Origin: Selaginella moellendorffii
Taxonomy: Eukaryota > Plantae > Lycopodiophyta
Reading direction: 5' to 3'
DNA length: 23,570 nt
Assembly: GCF_000143415.4 (NCBI RefSeq)
Contig: NW_003314360.1
Span: 78,618 to 102,187, forward strand
A program made the translations under genes and the position numbers. Of the stretch, positions 10,659 through 18,983 are shown one piece after another; positions within the stretch are counted from its first letter, which is position 1, and each line of letters begins with the position of its first letter. The notes below the pieces were generated by a model. The model searched no databases and was not told the DNA's origin. It saw nothing but the letters and a program-made list of their open reading frames with translations.

Positions 10659-11608
10659 GACTGCAACAGAGGTGGACTTTGAGGCAGAGTGAACTCGAGC
10701 AATTGGGGAGGCTTCTTGGGACACACAGCTGCTTTGTGATTAGGATCAGCACAGTAGAGGCAAAGATTATGAGATATTCGACGTTGCTTCTCAGCAGGAC
10801 TCAACTTCCCTCTAATGAGTCGGGGAGTACCAGAAATATCCATCGGGACCGGAGCAGTAGGTTCAGGACTATGCCCCGAAGACTCAAGCTGGGATTCCTG
10901 AGTCTGGGACGGAAAAACAGCGGCGCGGCGACTTTCCTGACGACGTTCAAAGAGACGATTGTCACATCGAACAACTTTGTTGATGGCGTCCGACAGGTCC
11001 TTGGGATCCTCCATGGTGAGCAACAAATCCTTGACACCGTTGTTGAGGCCGAAACGAAATTGGTCAATCAGGGCCCGCTCATCCCACTGAGTGTCCAAGG
11101 CAAGGAGTTGGAACCCTACAGCGTAGATCGAGGCAGGACGAGACCCCTGAGAGAGATGTCTCATCTTTGTGGTAGCAGCCCGAACCCAATCCGTCTCGCC
11201 AAAACATGCTTCGAGCTTCTCTTTGAACAATTGAAGATCCATCAGCTCCGGAACCACGACCCCTTTCATGCTCTTCTCCAGAAGAGGAGAAAACCATGAC
11301 AAAGCTGCACCCTCGAGCAACGTCCCAATCGCGCCGATTTGAGACTCAGGAGTGGGGTACTGCCGATGTTGAAGTGCAAAGATAAGCTCCATTTGGTTCA
11401 AAAATCCACGAAGCTCCGAATGCTTGCCTAAAAATTTCGCCGGGAAACTCACCTTCGGTTCAGGAACTTTGCTGGATCCTTGAGCCGAAAGTGAAGCAAG
11501 CTCCTGCTGCATGCAAAGAAGGGTCGCCTTCAGCTCGGTATTCTCAGACTGGATTTTTGCAAGGACTTCGGCAAAGAAATCAGGATGGCTTGGAGACTCC
11601 ATTGGCAA
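10631..11608 (-). CDS. gag: Gag (coiled coil, Ty3/PEG10-like capsid, CCHC zinc knuckle), 325 aa, intact
   Basis: [59 protein letters not shown]; ATG about 90 nt after the 5' LTR. Confidence 0.95.
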   Translation of the reverse strand: MPMESPSHPDFFAEVLAKIQSENTELKATLLCMQQELASLSAQGSSKVPEPKVSFPAKFLGKHSELRGFLNQMELIFALQHRQYPTPESQIGAIGTLLEGAALSWFSPLLEKSMKGVVVPELMDLQLFKEKLEACFGETDWVRAATTKMRHLSQGSRPASIYAVGFQLLALDTQWDERALIDQFRFGLNNGVKDLLLTMEDPKDLSDAINKVVRCDNRLFERRQESRRAAVFPSQTQESQLESSGHSPEPTAPVPMDISGTPRLIRGKLSPAEKQRRISHNLCLYCADPNHKAAVCPKKPPQLLEFTLPQSPPLLQSGNDPVQIE

Positions 11609-11681
11609 GAAAAAAGAAAAGAAAGGGGGAAAAAGACAAAGGCAATCAAATAATCAAAGCGAGCTAAAAGAAAAGCAAAAA

Positions 11682-11697
11682 CCACAATCTGAATCAA
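11682..11697 (-). other. Self-priming primer-binding site (not tRNA-complementary)
   Basis: Minus strand TTGATTCAGATTGTGG lies 2 nt after the 5' LTR and is perfectly complementary to minus-strand CCACAATCTGAATCAA at 11805-11790 within the LTR. Confidence 0.85.
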
Positions 11698-11699
11698 AC

Positions 11700-12104
11700 T
11701 GTCAAGACCCCCAACAAGATCAAGACTGGAAAATGCTAAAGACAAAGAGAAAAAGCTAGTGAAAACAAAGAAGAGGCCTTAGACTGGTGTTGATTCAGAT
11801 TGTGGAGAAATGGAACAAGGCTAACCTATATATACTATAGGTTGATGAAGCTCCACCACTCTTGGATCGAGGACGGCCTAAATATAGCTGAGGTCGAGGA
11901 GGCGCCACATCAATATCAGGAATGTGGCTCGAGACTCAGGAATCAGGAAGTGTCTTGAGAGTCAGGAATAGGGAAGTGTCTCGAGAGTTAGGAATGTCTC
12001 GAGAGTCAGGAATAGGGAAGTGTCTCGAGAATCAGGAATGTGGTCTGCAGGTCAGGAATCCGGCGAGAGTCAGGAATGTGGCAAGAATTTGGGGATTCCT
12101 GACA
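11700..12104 (-). repeat. 5' LTR of the chromovirus (405 bp); U3 contains about nine TCAGGAAT-like repeats
   Basis: TGTCAAGACC...TTCCTGACA on +; differs from the 3' LTR by 7 substitutions and one 18-bp indel. Confidence 0.96.
11827..11834 (-). promoter_or_regulatory. Candidate TATA box of the LTR promoter
   Basis: TATATATA starts 29 nt upstream of 11805, the first base of the self-primer and predicted transcription start. It overlaps an 8-bp inverted repeat AACCTATA...TATAGGTT (11823-11843). Confidence 0.7.
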
Positions 12105-12109
12105 ACCTC

Positions 12110-12171
12110 CCGGGAAGTCCAAACTCAGGAGCTTACATTTGGTATTAGAGGGGTCTCGAGTCCGACTCTAT
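12110..12171 (+). mobile_element. Cassandra TRIM copy 1: 3' part of LTR, Met-type PBS and truncated internal region
   Basis: CCGGGAAGTCC...GCTTACA ends at 12137 (TIR with TGTAAGC). PBS TGGTATTAGAG at 12140-12150. About 20 further bp match copy 2, then homology stops; no second LTR is seen. Confidence 0.88.
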
Positions 12172-13171
12172 TGTAGCTTCGCTCAACTGGCCACTCCTTT
12201 GGCATAGAATCTGGCTTCGAGGTAATTGAGCTATAGATCCGGTTTGTATGAGTAACATCAATCCCACAATAGTAAATCCAACTTGACTAGTGACCCTTTA
12301 CCCCTAGATCTTGACAGCCCTAGAAATATGGTACTGCTAAAGAACTTGAACCTGAGCACACAAATGTAAGACATTGACCTCAACTCCCAATCATTCTAGA
12401 GCAACACATATTACTCTTGGCACTGACTTTTCAAATTACCCAATTGATATGAGATACTAGCTCACGAGTAATAATCTTCTCAACCTTTAGCACAAGATTT
12501 ACTTATGTAACAACTGTTTTGGGTGCTAGTGTTCTTGCATAAGTCACTGGAATTAAACTTTGCTTCCATCGCCAAATACAAGAGACACTGGCCGATTTTC
12601 TTGTGGCTCAGGTGCTACCCAATGTCACTAATGTAGAGATCCTAAAGCATACTATGATGAGACCACTTAATCCATCAAGATTCATGCTCCTTATATCAAC
12701 TAGTTTGATATGGACTTCAATATGGAAATGGATGCAATGCCTCAAAGTAGCAGTGACTTCTTTAAATAAGAAACAATATCAACAGAATACAAATGAGGAA
12801 AAAAACTGAATACAAAGAAACCTTCCAATTCAAAATATGCATGAGTTTTTTTGACGAAAGAAATGAACATAAATATAATAGAATTGTAAACTTCAATGCA
12901 AATTATCTGAACATTAATATTAAACAAAATACTAATGATGATTAAAGCTGATTAATATCACTTAACTATGGTAACAAATATGTGATAACACATGGGTGTA
13001 TTATATATTTACATATGTGCAAATATATTTTCTTACTAGTTCTATTAAAAAATATTATACATTTCCATACATATTGAAGGGAACCAATTCAGCTCTTCTG
13101 CCAAACCAGTTGGTATACACAGGACAATGGAAGTATCCGATGCCAGCTTCATTTTTTAGAAGGCAAGAGTT

Positions 13172-13321
13172 TTATTCATGCAGTCTCTGGTCCACGATTA
13201 CGCTAGAAGAAATATTTTCAAGCAAAGGAAGCGTGTGTATGTCAAAACTATTTTTTCCTCTTTGGTCATGCATATGCCCAGAAGGGGTATCTGAAGAAGA
13301 TGCTGATTGTAAATGTGATGC
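13172..13321 (-). other. Possible terminal exon of an unidentified host gene or pseudogene
   Basis: Acceptor-like cattcctttcag|GCA followed by an open frame (ASHLQSASSSDTPSG...RLHE*) between AT-rich flanks. A 44-nt AG/GT-bounded block at 13623-13666 may be the preceding exon. No family recognised. Confidence 0.25.
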
Positions 13322-13859
13322 CTGAAAGGAATGTAGCATCTTCATCCCACATGCTACAGTTACTATCATATACTAGTAACTTTGCTGGTCTATATAAAAA
13401 TAAATCCTCAAAAAAAAGTTTTTCTCAGAAAGAAAGTGTTCAAATGAACGCAATTTGAATCTATTTAAAAATCACATGGGTGAAGTATTTTCAGTTCAAT
13501 GCATACCTTTGAAATTTTTTGGATTTTGTTTTTCACAAAAATACACTAAAGGTCATTCACAATTTCAACATGCTCCAAGTCTTCATTCTCTTGCATCACA
13601 TAGGTAAAGTCATCCACCTTACACTAATTTAGCGAGTAGCCTCCTGAGAGTAAGCTTGCCAAAGAGCTGCAAGCAAGAGTGTCAAGGAATTCTTTTTTTT
13701 TAAATGGAAATTTTTAAGTTTTCTAAATTTTCTAAACTTTCAAAGCTAAAAGCATTGAACATGGATCATTTTTGTGTTTCCTGACCATCTAGAAAAAATA
13801 CAGTAGGACTCATGTGGCTGTTCTCAATGTAGCCTCTTGTAGAGAAAAGACCACCTCCT

Positions 13860-14159
13860 TGACACAGGACGTGCTCTGCTTTGGCCATGAGCCCATTGCT
13901 CACATAAAATTTGATCATGACAGCATGTGAGGTTTTGCTCAAATCATGTGCAATAGACCTACTTGGCTCTTTCCATGTTCTGGACATGCCCAGGCTCTCA
14001 CATTCTTGGTGCTAGCTCTATTGATTATAAGGCTGTGTGCCACTCAAGGTCTTTAGTCTGCTCCAAATATCTTCCACCTCCATTGCCTTGTATAGAGATT
14101 TTCTCACAGATCAATCTTCTTGACGGCTTCCTCTGCTTCTCTCCTGATTCTAGGGACTG
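13860..14159 (-). pseudogene. Possible degenerate P-type PPR gene fragment, cut by the LTR at 14160
   Basis: TSHAVMIKFYVSNGLMAKAEHVL fits a PPR helix-turn-helix. Upstream frameshifted pieces (SLYKAMEVEDIW; VRAW/GHVQNMERA) are PPR-like. Stops and frameshifts are present. Confidence 0.4.
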
Positions 14160-15007
14160 TGTCAAGACCGAGACTGACACCCCATGGTTCGAACTCTAGG
14201 AGACTTTACATTCAATACATCTATACAAAGAGGAACTTTTTCATGTCAAATCAAATTGAGATTGAAAACAAAAATCCAAACCTAAAAATGGCCCTCAACA
14301 AAACAATTGAGAGCACTACTTTCTCATCTAGACTCCAAGACAAGGCATCAATATAATCCTTCCAAGTCAGAAATAATGAGCAATTTGGGTAAATGAAAAA
14401 ATAATAGAAGGCTACAAAATAAGAGATTTTGCCATATCTATTGGTGTAAATTGGTGCACATTGCATTGCTATTTTAGAAGCATAGGTTGGAAAGAAGTGT
14501 ATCCAGTCAAGACTCTTGCCAAAATTGAAGAACTTAAGAGAATACACACAAGAAATGGCTTATAAATAATTTTTGGATAGTGAGAATGAATTATTGACAA
14601 CTAGAAGCCCAACTAGAACCCTAAACTCATAGTCCAAGAGCTGCATAGGAACAAAAGTTTTTATTCCTCTAACAATTTAGCCAAGACTTCAACTAGCAGT
14701 CTAATCCACTCTTGCCCATAGTGTGGGCACACTATACTCACTTGCTGCTCACCAGATACCTTGCTTGTTTTGCACGTTGCCACATTTGAATACACCATAT
14801 CCACATTAGCTCTATGCTGTGCTCCATTGTTCTGCCTCCACTTGTCTCCCTAACTTTTCTTAACTTCCTCTCTTCTTGTCATGAACTCTTGGAATATCCT
14901 TCTTTTGAATATTCTCTAGACTTCTCCACTCTACAACTCGCCAACTCTTCAAATATTAGAAAAAAAAGAAGAAAATGCTATACCTTGACAATGTTGTATC
15001 ACTGACA
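14160..15007 (-). repeat. Putative 3' LTR (848 bp) of the non-chromovirus gypsy element
   Basis: Minus strand starts TGTCAG at 15007 directly after the PPT-like AGTGGTGGGGTGA and the integrase end. It terminates ...CTTGACA at 14160 (TGTCA/TGACA TIR). The partner LTR is outside the window, so the left boundary is inferred. Confidence 0.65.
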
Positions 15008-17835
15008 TCACCCCACCACTATACTTGGTGCATCGTCCTCGAGGCACAAAGAAGGTTGCTCAAAGTATTTTTTCACATAATAACCATTCACTTGCGTTGG
15101 CAATAAATTCCCTATAAAATCCTGAAGCTTGACCAATCCATTTCCAAAGATCTCTGCCACTAGATACAGCCATGTCCAAAGACACTTCAACTGTCCAGAA
15201 TGTTTCCAATACTTCGAATCATAGAGCAAAACTTTATTGCCAACCAGAAACTCTTTCTTGCGCAAGTGCTGATCATGCCAAACCTTGTGATGTCATTGAA
15301 TCACTGCATGAGCTTGAAATGCCAAGAGCTGCCTCTCATCCAACTTATCCAGCTGCTGCAACTTGTTTTTGATAGCCCCGTCCCAATCAAGATCATGTTC
15401 CACAGCTATATGCAAAGATGGAATTTCCAGCTCAATTGGCAACACTACTTCCTATCCATACACCAGCTGAAATGGTGAAGCCTATGTCATCACTTTGAAA
15501 GCCACTCTATAAGCCCAAATTGCATCTAAAAACTGCTTGTCCCAATCTGTCATGTTGGCCGAACAAGTCTTTGAAATAATAGTGCAAAGCATCCTATTAG
15601 TCCACTTGACCTAATCATTACAATGAGGATAATATGGCATTGATTTCCTATGAGCCACACTATATAGTTCTATCAATGAAGCTACCACCTCGTTCAGAAA
15701 ATGAGAACCTCTGTCACTAAAGGACAACCAAACTTGGTAATGACTTGCTTGTATAAGAATTGAGCAACTTTCCTGCTTGTAGCTTCCTTCAACACTTTCA
15801 CCTCAGCCCACTTGGTCACATAATCTGTATAAACTAGCACATACCTACAACAAGTATGCTTGTAAGATGGAAGAGGTCCCACAAAATTGATTCCCCACTT
15901 CTCCAAATGGTAAAACTAGAAGAAGTGGCTGCAATGGCATCATATTGCATTGTGTTGGCTGACATGGATCACAACCTTGCACATAATTTGCAATATCCTT
16001 ATGCATAGTCAGCCACCAATAACTTGCTCTCTTCACCAACTTGATTGTGACCAGTGAATCATGGCAATAATATATAATTGAAGGTACCTCATGCAATAAA
16101 ACACATCTCCTAAGCACACCATCATTTCCCACTTAATACAACTACCTCGCAATAAGAGTAAATTGTGAAGACTAAAGAAGCAATTGCTTCTTTTGCTTAC
16201 TTGAAAATTTTAGAGGATGTTAGTGTAAGCTCTTGAATTTGGACTTCCCGGGAAGTCACCCAGCCCAGTACTATTTAAACCCAAGGATGCTTAACCCCAA
16301 ATATCCCAAGACCTTTAGCTGATTAGAAAAAAGGGTGCACTTTTATTCATGGGCCCTTTCCCTTTATATTTGAACCCCTATGGATCGTTTCTCGAGTCGT
16401 TCCCTTTGGTTGCTTAAATCTACTATGCTTCTTTGCAAGTTCACACCCTCATGAATGGAAATTAAGAGCCGCAGCTCTCCTAAGAGCCCCACTCTACCCC
16501 TCGGGTTGAGCCCAGTGGGAGGAAACTAGATCTGTCAGATGTCAATCAACATGTGGTGTGATTCCCCTAGCCAACTAATAGAGTTGAACCCGAGACCTCT
16601 CTAATACCAAATGTAAGCTCATGAATTTGGACTTCCTAGGAGGTCACCCAGCCCTACTATTCAAACCCAAGGATGCAGAACCCCAAATATCCTAAGACCC
16701 TTAACTAATTAGAAAAAGGGGTGCACTTTTATTCATGGGCCCTTTCCCTTTATATTTGAATCCTTATGGATCGTTTCTTGAATAGTTTCTTTTGGTTGTT
16801 TACAATTTGCCACTTGCTAAAAATTGCACTACCTTAGAATACCACTTAGGAACAGCTTCAACTTGAAAAACCTGCTCGTCCAAGCTCTCAAGATCCACTT
16901 GAAAAAGATTTGCATTTGATAGCTCATCATCGACACCCTTTTCTTTATCTACAATAAGAGTTGGCAATTGAGAAAGATGATTTGGCATATTATGACTTTG
17001 CCCAGGCTTAAGAACTATTTTAAACTGGAACTCTTGCAAAACTAGCAACCAGCAAGTCACTCTATTTGTCCTACATGGCTTCAAAATAAGATACTTCAAA
17101 GCCTGGTGATCAACATAAAAAGTAAACTCCTTACCCAGCAAATAGTGTTGATACTACTGTACTGCAAAAATCATTCCTAGTCCTTCTCGCTTTGTTGCTG
17201 AATAATTCTTCTCTGTTGTAGAAAAATGTCTACTATCATAACTCAAAGGATGATCCCATCCATCTTCAAAAGGCTAGCATAAAATTGAACCAATCGCCAC
17301 TGCCAAAGCATCCACATAAACATGAAATTCTCGAGACCAATCTGGCATCTTCAAAATTGGGGCCATGACCAAAGCTTGCTTCAAGTCTTCAAAAGCCTGC
17401 TAATGCTTCTCATTCCACTCATACTTCACATCCTTATGCAGCAACTTAGTCAATGGCAAATCTTTTTTTAGCATATCTCCTCATAGATCTGCGATGGTAT
17501 CCTATATGTCCCAAGAAAGGTTGCAACTGCTTCACATCTATTGGAGCTGGCAAAGCCTGAATAACTTTTGTCTTACTAGGATCAATTGCTAATCCTTCTC
17601 AAGAAACAATCTTTCCCAATAGTACTCCATATGTAACTCTAAAGCTATAGGTTGAGTGAAATTCCAAATTGCCTACACCTATCAAAGAAATTAGCAAGCA
17701 TCTTATTGTGTTGTTCAATATCAGTGGATACACTAAATTTGTCCAAAAATACCTCCACGAAATCTTACATAAAAGGTTGGAAGGCTGTTGTTACCACTCT
17801 TTGGAAACTTGCAGGTGCACTTGTTAAGCCAAAAG
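15008..17835 (-). pseudogene. pol: Decayed pol (RT C-half, RNase H, integrase) of a non-chromovirus Ty3/gypsy (Athila/Selgy/Phygy-like)
   Basis: PFGLTSAPASFQR, FVEVFLDKF, FHVYVDA..VAIGSIL, NYSATKREGLGMIFAV, YVDHQALKYL, CWLLVLQEFQFKI, LRRCV, EKWGINFVGPL, TKWAEV, KVLLYDSK, VNGYYVKKYF. No chromodomain; many stops. Interrupted by Cassandra at 16224-16804 and cut at 17835 by the family-X LTR. Confidence 0.92.
16224..16804 (-). mobile_element. Complete Cassandra TRIM copy 2 (581 bp): 5' LTR 16612-16804, PBS 16599-16609, internal 193 bp, 3' LTR 16224-16418
   Basis: Two ~194-bp direct repeats (~21 substitutions plus a 2-bp indel, ~89%), each with a 5S-derived block (16241-16295 and 16629-16681). PBS TGGTATTAGAG. 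Degenerate TSD GTTAG/ATTTG; excising the element and one TSD copy restores the host frame ASGK(Y/H)PLKFSSKQKKQ. Confidence 0.93.
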
Positions 17836-18983
17836 TGTAGCGCACGTGGTTTTGACCCTTTATCCTATGGTGATTTACCATAGGATAACACCACGAAGCG
17901 GAACCTAAACCCTCTTTGTGCCACGTGACAGATGCCACGTGTCACATGCCACGTGTCCATGCCATGTGTCCTTAGGAACCCAAGGTTCAGGGCCTTGGGC
18001 CACTGAACGAAGGAACAGTGCCAAACTCCCAAGCACGAAGCCAAGGAGTGACGGAACCGAGCCACGGAGCAACTCCCGAGCATAAAGCCCAAGGAGCGAA
18101 GGGACAGGAGCCCGAAGCGACTTGGAACAGTCCTAGAGTAACCAGCATCCCAATGCTAGGACCAGCACGCAAAACGGAGCCAAACGGAGTCTGGCGCTAT
18201 TTCGGCATACCGGTGGCCTAACGCGAGGATATGGGTACTCCACCAACTAGCATGGAATGGAACTTGGGCTTAGACCCAAGCCGGACGCAGAACAAAGACA
18301 GGCACGCAAGCGGGAGCTAGACTATGCCTCAGGTTGGTCGGCCATGCCCAACCTACCCACTATCCCTACTATACATTTGGAACCCCCCACAGCGCCCCCC
18401 CCCTTGAGGAACACACGCTTTGGGCTTTCACCCCAAGCCTCCCTTAGTATCAGGAGTTAGTCTCTGGGACAAGCTCGAAACTTACTAAATATGGAATGTC
18501 CCTAGATTGTGAATTTGGACACGGGACGAACACCGTTGTGTTCAGGCCGATCTCTACATTCCGTAAATGTGCCAAATGAGCAAATCTGGACACTTTCCAT
18601 AAATAGCATTTGGGACAAAAATGAGACTAACACAAAGGGCATGATAGCGAGGGTGTTTGGCAGACACGGTAAGCTATCATCTAGCGATATTGAGGGACTA
18701 GTCTCAATACGCGAGGGTTCTTGTCAAGCTAGTGCAAGACAGAGCAAAAGAGAACTAAAAAGCCAGGCCAAGTATGCTTGGCTGAATAGACACTTAGGAA
18801 TTCCGTCCTTATGCTCATCCGGCCAAGTACAGATGCAAAGTCCAGTTTACTAACACTTGAACAAGACGGGCTAATAAAGGGAACCAGCAATACCGACCTC
18901 CTGCCATCGTGGCAGTAAGGTAAGAGTGTCCGTAAGGACTAGTCGACAGGTAACTTTCGATACCCAAAGTCACATTCGCGACA
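17836..18983 (-). repeat. 3' LTR of a family-X element (1148 bp)
   Basis: Minus strand TGTCGCGAATG...GCGCTACA, preceded by PPT AGGGGGGGAGAG (18984-18995); same unit as the solo LTR at 1415-2407. Confidence 0.9.
17919..17970. promoter_or_regulatory. Tandem G-box/ABRE-like array (TGCCACGTG x3 plus one decayed copy, 13-14-bp period)
   Basis: tgccacgtgac, tgccacgtgtc, tgccacgtgtc, tgccatgtgtc; one more CACGTG at 17843. Confidence 0.6.

Larger units (their letters stand above)
6488..12104 (-). mobile_element. Full-length Ty3/gypsy chromovirus, Tcn1-like (Tf1/sushi group), 5617 bp
   Basis: Two TG..CA LTRs, perfect 5-bp TSD ACCTC (6483-6487 and 12105-12109), gag, pol in the order PR-RT-RH-IN-chromodomain, PPT, non-tRNA PBS. 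CpG-rich relative to the flanks. Clade assignment is inferred from the aromatic-cage chromodomain, -1 frameshift and self-priming site. Confidence 0.96.

Noticed and set aside
10568-11299. 243-aa ORF antisense to gag
   Set aside because: No motif; lies wholly opposite gag/pol in GC-rich DNA, where shadow ORFs are expected.
11914-12090. CRISPR-like repeat-spacer array
   Set aside because: Units are 8-10 bp with related, irregular spacers, duplicated in both LTRs; eukaryotic context and no cas genes.
12255-12262. ACA followed by TCAAT as the right end and TSD of Cassandra copy 1 (left flank TCAAT at 6317-6321)
   Set aside because: The preceding sequence does not align to the Cassandra LTR end; probably chance.
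17865-18853. Several 60-115-aa ORFs shared between the two family-X LTR copies
   Set aside because: Shared because the DNA is repeated; frames are not preserved between copies and no domain is recognisable.
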